This document shows, piece by piece, positions 39,200 to 52,599 of a DNA stretch of 64,000 bases (its first letter is position 1; each line of letters begins with the position of its first letter). The notes beneath the pieces were generated by a model. The model was given only the letters and a program-made list of their open reading frames with translations. It did no database searches and was not told the DNA's origin. The stretch spans positions 806,001 through 870,000 of the forward strand of contig RSEE01000001.1 in NCBI GenBank assembly GCA_003971905.1, written 5' to 3'. Both the position numbers and the translations under genes were made by a program. The DNA is from Moniliella sp. 'wahieum' (lineage: Eukaryota).

Positions 39200-42130
39200 G
39201 GGGGGCGGGTGGTGTTGGGGGCGCGGTGCTTCTGCGGCTGCCCATCGGCCGACTGGAGAGCGCCGCGCCACAGCCTGCCCCAGCCGGACATCCGACACAC
39301 ACAGCCCCTGCGGCCCGATCCGCGAGCGCGGTGACACTGGCGGGTGCTGCGCCTGCGGTGGGGCACTGGCACAGACGCAAGGGACAAACAGCATGTGGCC
39401 TGTGGCATGTGGCATGCGGGGGGCGCCGCAGTCGCCTGCCGCCTGTCGCCTGGCAGGCGTGGGTCCCGTGTCACATGTCACCCGCCACTGGGCAAGTCAC
39501 TCTCACGAGGCCCCCGCCCGCAGTCGGCAGGCCAAGCACGGCGCTACCACTCAACCTCGTCGCGCCCCTGGCAGCTCGGGAAATGTCACATGCGGTGTGT
39601 CTCGCGCTCATCACGCGCGGTGCTCATCGCTCGACTGTCCCCATTGACCATTGTTCTCCGCCCGAGACGCAAGCTAGCTTGACGGGCTGCTTGTCTGATG
39701 GAGAACAATCGATCTCGTTGATCGTGTCCATTTCTTCATCCACCTCATCTCCCCCTTTTCTCATTCCAGGTCTGGAAGAAACGACTGGGCGCCGTTCTGC
39801 GTTGTGGTGGAGCAGCACAACCCTACCTTTGCAGTGAGGACTCGTTTTGGTTGTGTACGGTCAACACTCGTATGGAGAGCAACGGTAATAGGCTCCGGGT
39901 GGAGAGCTGTTGAAAGTGGGTACAGCTGTCATCTCGTTCCCATTTCCGATTTCTTCGTCTCCAGCGTCTCGCTCTTTCCCTGTTTCTTCCATTTCGCACC
40001 ACGTCCTCTTGTTCTTTCTTCTTCCCAAGAACGATTGCTACATCCCTTGACCTAGTCTCTCGACTCTGGTCTCCTTCACCTTGTCCCGAGTATGACAACA
40101 GCTACATGAGGTGCTTCGACACTGACATGTTCCCCACGTGCCCTTCCCAAGGCAGGTATTATGGTACAGAGGAGGAAGAGGCTCTGTGAAGAACACAGTC
40201 AGAAAATCTTCATTGGTATAAGTTCTAGAAGGATGTGGGCATCTGATTGTTGCTGAGACCCCGTCTCTCCCAATTTTTTTCAAGTTATTCGCTCTATTAG
40301 CGTCTCCCTCTTGCTGGTTCCTCCGCTTCGCACCACGTCCTCTGCTCTTGTTTCTTCCCAACCAAAGCGAGATTGCTACATCTGGCTTATACTTCTGCCG
40401 TTGAGCAGTGCCCTTTTCATGTTCTTCAGGTGGCTAAACGTCTTGTACACAGCAACCTTGGCTAACCTTGTCGCGATACAGTTGCGCCCCCCTGTACTCC
40501 CATAAGAGGTAGTATTCTCTGGCCAGTGCCGTACTAAACAAACAGTTTTGACGCCACGGTGTAACGTAGCCATTAACCCTGAAAGGATAATCCTGCCCAT
40601 CCCCCCCGTTGATATACTATCAAGAGCACTTAAGAGGAGCTAGAGGAAGAGTACAGAGTCAGATCGGGTCAGGCGAAAATCGAACACTGGGGCGAAGAGG
40701 AAAAGATGGAGATGAAGCAGAGCACGACGTGAAGACCGAGACGGTCACAAACACAGCAGAGACGCGGTGCAGCAAACAAGAATCTTTCAGCTCCACGCTG
40801 CCCGACTTATTTTTCCGTCATGCCCCCAATTATCGCAGGCTGAAGAGTATGAAGCTGGGCTCGGCGCCGGCAAGTCGGGCAAATTCGGGGGTCAAGTTCC
40901 GCCAGAGCAATGTGTGGGCCACAGGCGTTCGCGGGGAGGTGCTGCGTTGATTGCATGTTGAGCTGTGGAGGAAAAATGAAGACAAGGAGACGCGAGCGAC
41001 AGACAGAAAATGCAGTAGGATGGGAGGGAGGAATGAGGCGGAGGTGGAGACGGTATGCAAGTCTGATCACTCAAGGCCTGAAGTCCGGGTGAGGCCTGTT
41101 GAGGCCTGTTGATGAGGTCAGGGGGTTAGTGGTTTTGTGCGTCATCATCATGATGGCAATAGCATGCCATATGCGAAAGCCAGTGGGTGAGCCGATGAGC
41201 TGGTATCTGTTGATCTTCAGGAGATATCGATTGCTGCCATGTGGGACAGGAGATGTGCATGCGATGTGGCGCGGGGCAGGGGGGACGATGTGATTTGGAT
41301 GGCCAAGAGGGGAGCCAAGTAGGGTGCCTAGCCACTGGCACCGCTCGATAGAGTCGGTAGGATGGGGCAGACGAGGGGCACGGGTAGGGCTATATGTGGG
41401 AACGACGGAGAGGAGTTGCGAGGACGAGCACTGCGCCAGGGGGGCGAAAGAGCGCAGGGCAGGCGTGCGCGTGCATCCGCGTGGATCCGCGTGCCTGCAG
41501 CTCCAACGCAGAGAACACGTGACGCGTGACGTATGCATGAGGCCTGAGTTGAGTGGCAACGGGGCAAGCACGCAGCGACGCTGTGCGGCGACGCAGAAGA
41601 GCCCCCCAGGACCGGTCGCTCGAAACCCCAAAGGCCCGCCAACACTGCGCCAGTGCGGCCCAGCCCGAGGGGCGGAACGACAAGAGAGCGGCGTTGCCGC
41701 TCTGGCGTGCAGGCGGGGGCGCAGGGAGCGCGTCGTGGCACCTCGCAGCACTTTCTGCTCTGGTCGCCCACGCCCGCACTCGCCCGCACTCGCCCGCACT
41801 CACGCCGCTGAGGCTCAGCCCGAGCACTCAGCCGCTCCGCCCCACCGCCACCTCCTCCTCCTCCACCCCGCGCCCGCCCCGTGCGAGCCAGTGTCCAGGC
41901 CGCCTCGCCGAGTGCCTGCAGCTGCCGCTGACATTGCTGACGCTGCCGACAGTGCTGCGCGTGACTACCATCATCGGCATCCGCATCTCTTGCGTCTGCC
42001 TCTTCTGCGTCTGCATCTGCGTCTGCGTCGGCTTCTGCCGCCACTGTCGCCGCCACTTCCGTCACTCGTGCTTCTCTTACCAATCGCCTCCCTTTCGCGA
42101 TGTCAGCGCCACCCGCCCCGCCATTCTATT

Positions 42131-45129
42131 ATGGTGGGCCCTTCCCCAGTCACACTCCCATCCGCATCCGCAGCCACCCTCACACCCCACCCCCACCCTC
42201 ACCCTCACTCACGTCCACTGCCTGCAGAGCAGCCGGCCGTTCCTTCCTTTTCTCCTGATGACGCATTTCTCTCGCATGACTATCTCTCCGCGGGCCCGCC
42301 TACTGGCGCCCAGCCTCGGGCGCAGTCTGCCATACCCGCTGATCACCTGGAGCTGTTTGGGCTTGGATCGGCTTCCACGCAGGGGCTCTATCCTCTAAGC
42401 GGGATCGCACCTGATACTCTGGGCCACCACGCGATTGCAGCACATGCCTTTCCAGAGCAGCCGTCTCAGGCGCAGATTCAACCCCAGCCGCCCCCTTCAC
42501 ATCCCTACGCTCCACCGGTACAACAGCAGCCCCCGCCCCAACCACAGGTTGCAAACGGCGACCCAAATTCAATGGGGTTCCTTTTCTCCTCATTACACCC
42601 GGCCACCGCATCAATCTCACCGCAGGGCCTAACTCCCTCCGATCCCGGTGTAGGACAGCCTCTACAGAGCTATCCGAATGCTTCCAGTGTGCGAAGCGAA
42701 AAGGATGCCAAGCCCAACCCGCACTTTGTCAGCAAACTATTTTATATGCTAGAAGACGCGTCTTGGAGCCACATTATCCGCTGGTCACTCAATGGTGACA
42801 GCTTCATTGTCGTGGTGCGTGCCCCGTCTTCTCCCCCTTGTATTTCATGCTGACCCTACTCTCTGCTAGAATATGAATGACTTCACCAAGCATGTACTTC
42901 CACGGCACTTCAAGCATTCAAACTTCTCAAGTTTTGTTAGGCAGCTCAACAAGTACGACTTCCACAAGATGAAAAAGGACCCTGTGATGCTTGGCAAGCT
43001 CTTTGATCACGCACGGCATGAGGCCTTTGACCAGATGTGGGAGTTTAAGCATGACTGCTTCAAGCGGGGCCGCCCAGATCTACTGGAATCCGTCAAGCGG
43101 AAAACGGCCTTGGTCAAGCGCGGACTTCGTGCGGCGGCTGAGGATGTGGAGGCGTCTCCTCCTGTTCCGCAGGGCGCTGAGGCTGCCGAGCGTGCGGCAG
43201 AGGAGTATGCTGACCTCAAGGAGCAGATCACTGGCATGCAAGCCATTCAGGATAGTTTGACCAAACACATTGGCACTCTGACCAAGCAATATCAAGGCGT
43301 GATTACCGATATGCTGAGAGTACAGCAGAACATCAAAGAGCAAGACCAGCTCATGCAACATCTTATCCGCCACGTCGCTCAGTCGTCAGGGGGCGTGGGT
43401 GCGCCCCTCCATCAAGCTCAAGCCGTCAGCCCGTCGTCGAGCGAATCTGAACCTTTCCTCGCTCCCGCCGAAGCACAGAAGCTCATTGGCTCCTACCAGG
43501 AAGTGACCCAAGCCTCGTTTGCCCAAATGTCCGACATTGCCAAGCGGGTGGCGGAAGGACTACATGCCATTCCCTCAGCACTCGAGGCCGCTGCACAGGC
43601 GACTGAGACCCCTTCTTCCTCGTCGAGCCAATCTGGGGGCAATGCCTCGTCGGCATTGGCCACCAAGTGTAAGGGCAACACTAAGATTGTCAAGCTAGAG
43701 GATGATGACTCAGGGAATGAGGAGGAAGACGCTCCTGGGAGTCGGCAGCCCAGCCCGCAAGTACTTCTTCACCCACCGCACTTCGATTCTCTGCACCAGC
43801 CCCAGTCGCTTCTGACGGTGGCCGGGGAGGAAGGATCTGAGTCGAATGCAGAGACAGCTGCATTGGCCCTGCAGCAGCTGGGCAATGGGCAGGACCTACG
43901 AGTTTTCACATTAGGCACGCTCCAACCTCTTCCATCAACAGATGAGACAGAAATCAAGGACCAGGGCGTGGGCAAGGGCAAGAGTCCGACGCCTACCTCT
44001 GATGCGCGGCAGACCCTCCCCGTGTATAGTTTGGAGGAGCTTCCAAGATCCATGCCTATGGTCGACCACAGAGAGCGGAGCCGGAAAACAAGGGTTTGGC
44101 CCCTTCAAGTGGGGCAAACACCCTCCGGGTCAGACGCTCGACCTACATTCCTGGATGGGCTGTCCCTCCAGGGGCATGGCAGAGCCACGAGAGTGATCGG
44201 GATGCCTTGGCACGTGCTCTGAGCCGCAAATTTATCCCTGTGGTGGGGGCTGCGATCGATGTGCCTCTGTCTTCGGAGGAGGTCACAGCAGCGGCGGCCA
44301 AGTTAAACTTATCCCAGTATGAACTCGTATTGATGGATGTGGTGATGCCCGAGTTGGTGGATGTATCCCCCGATTCACTCATCAAGCATTTCGATCACCG
44401 CACGCCCATCATGAGCATGACCTCGAGTGTTCGGTCCCGGACCTGCAGGAGTACATGCGTAATGGCATGAGCGACTCTCTCCCTCCTGCCTTCACCAAAA
44501 CTGGCCTGTTGGCAGCGATCGAGAAACATCTGATCCACCTCAAGACGGTGCAGAAGCTGCACCAGATTCCCGAGTCGCTCGGCTTGCCTCCCGTGGACAA
44601 TGGTCTGCTGGAGCAGGCTGTGTCCAACACTGCCAAATACGCCGCAGCCTCTCTCACCACAGACACGGAGCCAGACGAGAAGACAGTGGCAGCTGCCGTG
44701 ACGGCGCTGAACCCCAATTTTACCCCCACAATGACTTCGCTCCATCTGAGGTCCCCTCCCTCGGGTGGCAGCCAAAGCGAGGGTGAAGAAAATCCATTGG
44801 CAGGAATGGGGTTCTCGGATGGAGAATATCTCTCCATGCTTCAAAACTTGATTTCAGCAGGCTCCGTTTCCGATACGACCGACCATGGCGGTTTGAGCAT
44901 GAGCGTCGCCGGTGCGTTGGATGTTTATCCTGGCGAAGGGACGGGATTGACGTCTCGCAGAGCGTCCCATGCTCATGCCTCTCCCACGTTGGCGGACCTC
45001 ACGACCGAGCTCGATAGGGCGGACGGGCTCCCCGTCACTCAAACGGTCGCTTTCGCGCCTGGATGGCCCCGAGGAAAAGCGGCCTCGTGTTTAAGGCGGA
45101 AGCTGCAAGTGCCGAAATTGACTCGCTAG
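42131..45129 (+). CDS. SKN7: Skn7-type HSF DNA-binding domain plus response-regulator protein
   Basis: HSF domain FVSKLFYML...RHFKHSNFSSFVRQLNKYDFHK...WEF, coiled coil, LRVRRSTYIPGWAVPP, receiver YELVLMDVVMP...TPIMSMTS...IEKHLIHLK; intron ~42815-42869. Confidence 0.9.
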
Positions 45130-46628
45130 GGGTTGGTTGTGTGGAGCGTGCCCAGGTCCCTGCGGGGCCACAACCCTGTCGCCCCTCACTCACGCGAACA
45201 GGGTCGGGCACATACATGCACCGGTTATGGTTCCATGTTTGTTTTTGTTTTTACGTCCATATTTGTCGTGCACTCCTGGCCGCTGGTGGCGTGTGGCCTT
45301 TTCCTCCCGCTTGGGCTTCCAGCTCTTGTCCTCGTCTTTCCTTTGTTTTGTTTCGCTGCTTCTCTCTGCTCTGCTAGCCACCCGGGGTCCCAACTGCACC
45401 CATGCTGGGAGGCTGGGGGGGGAGGTTCTGTAATATATTTGAACAATGCGGGCTCTGCTGGGGCGATGCCCCCATCCCGTCATCCTGCCTGATAGCCATG
45501 ACACTTCTTACCCGCCCGGACGCTCCACTCCGCGGCACACCCAGCTACATAAGGCTTTACCTCCTTGGCTTCTCATGGACTCGTGTACCTCTCAGAACCA
45601 CATCCTTCATTCTCCTCTCCTACTGTAGAGGCCCTACCACAGCTCTTGCCTTTCCTTTCATGATGTCTGATGACCATGTGGCATAGAAGGCGAACTATAT
45701 TGCCTGCATTCAAGCCCCACAAAACTCGGCCAGCCTTTTGCGATCCTGCCACAGAACCCGGTTCAGGCTGGGTGTCATACCAGTGCGAGCTCTAGGGCGA
45801 TGGGTTGCGTGGGTGGACCGGGTGGATGGATTGCCCGACCCCCAAGGCCTCGCCAGTCGCGATATAACTGTCAAGGGCGCCGGTCCGATGCGATCGTGGG
45901 TGGACGTCTGCATCTCTTTGGGTGGATGTTGCTCTGCACTCATAGAACACCGCCTTGTGTTCCTCGCAAGATGCAGCGCATAAGCAAAGGGACGTCGACT
46001 CCTAAACGAAAGTGAGGTGGTTGCGGAGAGAATTGGTGCACGATACTCCAGGAGCGCCGATAGGACGAGTCCAGCGACTCACTTCGGAACGGTATAGGCG
46101 CACTTCATCGCCCTTTTTCCGGAACTACAGAGGAGCACTATAATACCACCAATGGCGAATGAGGCGGCGGCTCTGCACCAACTGAGAGGAGAGAGGAGCA
46201 ACCACATATCACGGTATCAGACCTTAATGCGAAAGACGAGGCCTGAGAGCTGGTGCTGATGGAAGGTCTCAGGTTAAACATAGCGTCTTCGCTTCAGGGA
46301 GTCTGGCACCTTGTTAAGTTGGAAAAAGCTTTCACCCTGGCCACAATCGCATTCGCAGGCTGCCTTTTGAGGCCAAATGCCGGTCAAGTCATAAACCACA
46401 TGAAAATGACAGGAATCACATGGGGGAGAGAGAAGGGAGGCGAATTAAGCACATAAAAAGCGATGACCGCCAAGGAAACACGTGCTTAACGGGCTATTGT
46501 TAAGGGTAGGAAAAAGGCTACGCAACCAACTCCCCTCTTGAAATTCTTCGAGCCCAATCGACTGAAGGAGTCATTTCTGCCCTATCTCGAGTCCCAACCA
46601 TCACGCGCTTGGCAACCGCGATGCTGTT

Positions 46629-46684
46629 GATGTGGGCATACCATGTTTACCAAGGAGATGTGGGCACACCATGTTTACCAAGGA
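46629..46684. repeat. 28-bp tandem duplication downstream of RIP1
   Basis: GATGTGGGCA(T/C)ACCATGTTTACCAAGGA occurs twice with one mismatch. Confidence 0.85.
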
Positions 46685-46715
46685 CGCCGTGAAGAGGGGG
46701 CAATCGTCGATCGCT

Positions 46716-47386
46716 CTAACCCAATAACGAGCTTGCCGTCCGCGTCGTTAAAGGAGTAGGCTGGGATTTCAAGGTTGAGCGGGGCAGGGCCCTTGCGAAT
46801 ACGGCCAGAGATGTCGTAGTGGGAACATGGCAGGGGCAGAACCATCCACCATAGTCACCAGCTTCACCAATGGGCACACACCCCAGGTGAGTGCAACACC
46901 CAGCATGACAAGCCATTCAGGGCGCTGAACGCGCTGTGAGTCAGATTCGGGGTCCCGGAGAGTGGAAACGTCGGTCGACTCGGCCTCTTTGATCTCGTCC
47001 GGAGTGCGGTGACGGACAAAGACGGGCTTTCCACGCCACTTGATCACAGCATTCTTGCCGAGCGGAATCGAGTTGAGGTCCACCTCGACCTTGGCCATAG
47101 CCAGGACATCGGCAGACGGGCTGAGCGTGGCGAGGTAGTCGTGAACCGCCGACTTTCCTCCAGCCGCGGTGAGGACACCGAGCGAGCCAATGACAAAGTA
47201 GAGCTCTGTTGGCTTGCGGGTCCTTCACCCGCCATCGTCGTAGTCGGGAACCTTGGGCGCAATAGCCTGCTGGACGTCGAGACGGTCCGCGCCGGCGCCA
47301 GAGCATCAGCGACGTACGGGCGAGGCGCAGAGCAAATGGCGAAAGAGCGCGAGGGGCCCGGAGGGACAGCGGCCAAGAGAAGCCAT
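46716..47386 (-). CDS. RIP1: Cytochrome bc1 Rieske iron-sulfur protein
   Basis: [60 protein letters not shown]. Confidence 0.97.
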
Positions 47387-47909
47387 GACGAGGGCAAGGG
47401 CAAAGCAAGACGACGTGGGGGCAAAGAAAGCGGTTGAAAACGAGAAGCACCTAGGCACATTGGAGGGGAGCGTGGCAGCTAAGCAAGGCGGTCCGGCTGG
47501 GCCCGGTTGGCTTACAATATTCCGCTGAGCCAGCACGGCGCAAGTGTTCCTCCTCTTCTTTCTAATCAGTACTCGGTACACTCAGTGTACTGACCGGTGA
47601 CCTCAGGGAAGCACCTGATCTAGGTAAACGTTCAAATTCAAAATGAATCGATTTGCACCGATCTCAACGTTCAACCTGAACGTTGCCAGCATGCTCTCAG
47701 AATCCCAGCGCCACACCGCCCAACCTCCATCTCTGAGCGTCCGGTTTGTTCGTCGACACTGTCACAACAGGTACGGCGTACTTCTCTGCCAGGGCGATTA
47801 CAAGTCACGCGTCATGGAATAATGGTGTAAACCATAGAATGTCGAATGCATGAAGCTTGAGCTGACGCCCAACCATGTTGTGATATACATCTTCGCACGA
47901 TCAGTCTCG

Positions 47910-49353
47910 TTACAGGTTATATACGGGCCAGATGCGTTGGGGAGAGATCGTCTGGCGACAAAGCGGGCACTCGGCCTTTTCGCGGGCCCAGCCCACAATG
48001 CACTCCAATCAAACAACCTGCCCGCACTCCAGCACGGCGCTCGTACTCTACTTGTGGTACCCGTCGGTCCATGCAGAGCGTGCAGCGGAGCGTCTCCTCA
48101 GCCGCTGTGCCAAGTCCTTGGCCCTCTCCTCGGCCGCCCGCTGGCCCTCTTCATCTTCCTCTGCATATGCCGTCTCGGAGAGAGGCCACAAGGCGCCACT
48201 TGGATCGGGGAAGCTCAGTGGCACCACCGGCACTGCACCCGCATCCGTATCGGGACTGTTCGCCTTTTCCTCTTCTTCTTTCTCGAGGGCAAGGAGCGTT
48301 TCGGTACCAGCGTGAGAGGGTCCCAACAGTACAGCAGCTCCATGTTGGATTGTGTACCGCTCCCCTTCAATGTTGATGAGCGTTGCGTCCCCCTGTTCAG
48401 ACGCCGGCAAAGTGTCTTCCTTCTTGGACCGCTGGAGACCTGAATGGACAGCAGCAGCGCGAAGCAGACGGGAAAGAGGAAGAGAACGAAGTGCCTTGAC
48501 GCTCAATTGAATCAGAAGGAGCACCCCCAACAGAGCGTAAGACGGCGGTCGTTCCCCCGGCCGAGGTTGCCGTCCCATGGATGCAGCCGAAAGGAAGCGC
48601 ACTCCCCAAATTCTTTGCCCCTAAGTGTAGTATTTTCCATTCAGGTAAAAGAGTGCCAGGTGGAGAGCACTCAATTGAGTCAAATGATTGTATGTTAGTC
48701 ACTGACGGTAACAGAGCCCGCAGTCGGACCAAGAGGCGAAGCAAACGATCAACGGGAACAGGTGGCGTCCCCTCAGGAAGAGATGCAATAATGGGTTGGG
48801 CATCCCGAGCGAACGAGTCGGTTGCTGGGTCGTCAGGACGAGCGGCAAGAGCAAATGCCTCCATCCGCTGGGATGGCGGAAGACGAGCAGCCCAGCGTGC
48901 CCGAGCACGGGCCAAGGCTTGAGTGCGACGCATGACCAATAGGTCAGCCCGACGCGTTAACACGCCGTACGCCCTCAGGGCCAAAAAAGGCAGTAGAGAT
49001 TGGGAAAGTGCCCACAGGGCTCGGGTACGCCAAGTTGCAGGTCGCACACCCCGTTCCACAGCCAGCGCTCCGACATACTCTTCTCCCACGCTCGAGGCTG
49101 ACAGACTGCGCACTGATGCAGGCACCCCGTCACCAGCAGTGGATAGCAACATGTAGGCGGTTGTGCCCAGTGCGGCAATCATCTCCCCGCGCCCAGGGGC
49201 AGCAAGGGCTTGAGGGCCCAAAAGGGTACGGAGTGCATCGCGCAGTGCACGGACATAGTGGGCGGCGTAGTATGCATCCTTCTCAAACGCCCGAACCACT
49301 TCGGGCTGGCTGGATGGCAAGAAGGTGAACAGGGCGCCAGGTTCAGCGGCCAT
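47910..49353 (-). CDS. PEX10: Peroxin Pex10 (RING E3 ligase)
   Basis: SSQPEVVRAFEKDAYY, SVGEEYV, HLALFYL.GKYY, SYALLGVLLLIQL, and C-terminal RING CTLCMD...ECG..DW.CI..W...KAECPLCRQ. Confidence 0.88.
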
Positions 49354-49600
49354 TGTTGGTGCTGCTGGAGAAACGGAGGCCGGAGGGGGGGGGGGGCAAC
49401 GAGGGAGGGAATGGTCGGGTTCCGGCTATCGGCCATCCAGGCCCACCGGCTTTCAGACAGGCTGGCACGGGAGCCGTCTTTGAACGGGGATGTCACGTGC
49501 GCCCACTTGGCGGAACTCGGCGGTTAGTGCGGAACGGTGCAGAACGGAGGGGTTTCACTCACCGGTACGACCCTTACCGCATAGAAACACCAAAAAGGAA

Positions 49601-49682
49601 CTCTCCGACCGGGAATCGAACCCGGGTCTCGTCCGATCGTCCACATGACAGGGACGTGTCATAGCCACTAAACTATCGGAGA
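49601..49682 (-). tRNA. tRNA-Asp(GTC) with a 10-nt intron
   Basis: Acceptor stem TCTCCGA/TCGGAGA, anticodon stem CGTCC/GGACG, loop CT-GTC-A, intron TGTGGACGAT, T-loop GTTCGATT, downstream oligo-T Pol III terminator (49592-49596). Confidence 0.97.
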
Positions 49683-50090
49683 TCTGTGTCTGCTTCCGAC
49701 TTATTAGAACTTTGCATTTCCTCAGGAGGACTGCCTCACATGGATCGGATTCTTGATGTCAATCGCTAAGCCTCTGGCTTGGATCAAGCCGGTGAAGCTC
49801 CAAGATGAAGGGAAGGGAGAGCTGTAACCATGTAACCTCTGATCGCATCTATACGCTTGTCACATATCGCTATTGGTGACCACACAGGCTAATATGATGG
49901 AACGGGGCGCTCTCGCCTCGAACAAGCACGGATAACGGGTAAGGAGCGAACGAAACAGGTGGGACAGAACACACGAGTGGACAAGCATCAATGCGTTTTG
50001 CATTGGGATATCGGTGGTAGGTGCGACTGAGTAGGGGACCAGAACCGGGGGGAGGAAAGAGACAAACAAAGAAGGTGATGGGTTACATTA

Positions 50091-51834
50091 TTAGAACGTA
50101 GTAGTAAGCTCAATGGGGTGCTCGATGCGCATCTGCGAGGCCGAGCGCGAGTTGTCCGAGTGTCCGACCGAAGGGGTTTGGCGCGACGCGCCTCCGCCCC
50201 CCGACTCGGAAAAGGCGTGCGAGGGCGGCCAGGTCTCCGCCACGGCAGATTGGGAGGAAGCCTGAGAATGGCCATAGGCCATCCCAGGCGCACCAGCGAC
50301 ATCCACATCGTGCATGGGCGAATGGGGATAAACTGGCTCGCCATAGAAGGGTACGGTTGCGGCTGCTCCTCCGATGGCGTCATGTAGCCCTCGATTGGCG
50401 TTGCATAGGCGCTGGCGCGGCTGTTGTACGTCGCAGCCGAGGCACGGCCATCGACCGCAGCTTGGTTACCAAAGGGCCGTGTTTTCGTTCCCCTGAGCTC
50501 CGGAAACAAAGTAGGTCTCGCGCTCAGCGGGGGGCGAGACGAGGGGAGCATTTGCCGGTGACAGTTCAGCCACAGGCTTCTCTTGTCCGGCGCTGAGGGC
50601 CTCATCAGGTTCACCGATACCAGCACGGGTGCCCCATGCCGTCACATGGAGAGTACAGAGTGCATACAACTTCATAATCGAAAAGTAGTAGCCAAATGCA
50701 ATGTAGGCCGGCACGTAGATAATGTCCAAGGGGCGGAACCAAAGGTGAGGAAGAAGCTTGAGCGTACGGGTGGCAGTGATCCAGACAATGTAAGACAAAA
50801 TCACATCCCACCAAGCAAGGTGGTACTCGTGCTTGGCCGTTTTGGACAAGAGGTAGAGGACTAGTGCAGGACCGGAGAGCAGAGTGAACGGGTTGATGAA
50901 CTTGTCCAGCATGGTGTAGCAGGGTAGGGGTGCCTAGTCCAGACATGACGTTCGGTAAATACAGAACGAATGTCCGAGCGCCACGTGTTGCGCGTCCAAC
51001 GCAAAACCTGCTTGAGGAAGCGCCAGTCGGGCTTCATGGTACTCAGTAGTTCCACTTCGGGGCACACTTGAATGTAGGTATTCCAGCCATGGGAAACCAT
51101 CCAGCGGTGAGGAATTGTCATCGCCCGAGTTGATAAACTTGCCCAGCCAATAATCGTTGGTGAAGCCGTGGATGAAAGCGGGGGTCCTTGAGAATAACAG
51201 TACGGTAGGCTGCTGTGCGACCCGACAGGCAGGGAACACCGCCATCAATGTGGGTTGACGAGGCAATCTCAAAGTTACGGATGGAGAGACGAAATGCGGC
51301 AAGTGTTTCCCACACCGTCATCTTGGACCGGGTGGACTTGACCCGCTGGGATGTGCCCACACCGCCGACTTGCTGGTCCTCAAAGCAGGCCAGCATCCAC
51401 TGCAACATGGTCGGGGGCCAGATGGAGTCGTCGTCGGCAAAGACAATGATGTCGGTAGTGGTGTGCTTGATGCCTTCAACCATCTGAAGGCGCTTGTTTG
51501 CCTTCGGGACGGTGATGACGCGAATCTTGGTGGGATCGACCTCGTTGGCCAACTCCTGGAGCGGGCCAACCATCTTGGTCTCGGTAACAATCAGAATCTC
51601 GGCCGGGTTGGATGGAGCCAGCTGAAGGCGGCCTCCTTGAACTCTTCGCCTGCGTCGATGGTGGGAACAATGATAGTGACATCCTCAGACGCGATGTATG
51701 TCGGTTGAGAGGGGTGGCACGGGCCGGTAGACAAAGGCAGCGGCAAGACGGATGATGTACCAGAAGTAGCGATAGAAGCCGATAATGCCAAAAGGCACGA
51801 AGACGGGAAACTTGTCGGCGGTTAGGTAAAGCAT
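50091..51834 (-). CDS. GT2 processive polysaccharide synthase, Cps1-like
   Basis: DVTIIVPTID, IVFADDDSIW, CLSGRTAAYR, NSGDD, QVLRWTRNTWRSD (QxxRW), transmembrane helices, TAWGTR. Confidence 0.85.
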
Positions 51835-52599
51835 GGCCGGGCGGGGGGACGGCGGAGGATGAGAGAAGGAGAGGGGCAAAGAGAGCGACAGGGAAAGGAG
51901 GCGAGCTCCGGTGGGACGACGCAGCCTAGCTCAGACAGGCAGCTCGTACAGGCAGCTCGTTCGACGGTGCCGGCGCGGACACAGAGGATGCCAGGGAGAA
52001 GGTGGTGGGGGTGGTTGATGCTGGCCAGGCAAAAGCCAGTGGGCAGTGGCAGCTGCGTGGCCGCGGCACTGCAGCAGACAGGCCCTGCCGTTCCCGCGCA
52101 ACTTCCAGCGTGCCACGGCTGCCGCAGACAACACTGCCCTTGTGCCCAACCCTACTCAGAGCCCGCCGACTGATCGGCGTACGAGATCCTGGCATCTAAG
52201 ATCTGAGAGCCCCCAGGGCCGCGTGTCCGAGAGAGGGGGCTGTGCTAGTGCCGCCACGAGGATCATCGATCGATCTCTAGCAGCGCCCACGGCCTCGCTC
52301 CACGCCAGTCAGCCTCGCTTTCAATATCAATCTTCACCCTCCCGTCCCACAGCCGCCCCCTGCCGTGCCCCGCCCACAAGCCCGAGCAGTGTGATGCGGG
52401 GGGGCAGTTTCTGAATTCGATTTTTTTCGGCTCACCGCGGTGCATCCTAAGGCCTAAGGCCTTAGTTTCCATGCCTGATCACCGAACCATCGGATGAATC
52501 CGTCGTCTTCGCCGCGCCGACGGCATACCGACGGCCCCGAGCCCATGTTTCCCAACTACTACTTCGACACACCGCCGTGCCTTGAGCACGTCGACGTTC

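Noticed and set aside
40807..41070. Small Cys-containing ORF (CGPH...CPTC) as a zinc finger
   Set aside because: Too short, spacing does not match a family I recognise, and there is no supporting gene structure.
41324..42130. Upstream part of the 509-aa ORF before SKN7
   Set aside because: No recognisable motifs; includes microsatellite-like UTR (CTGCGT repeats) and is probably non-coding.
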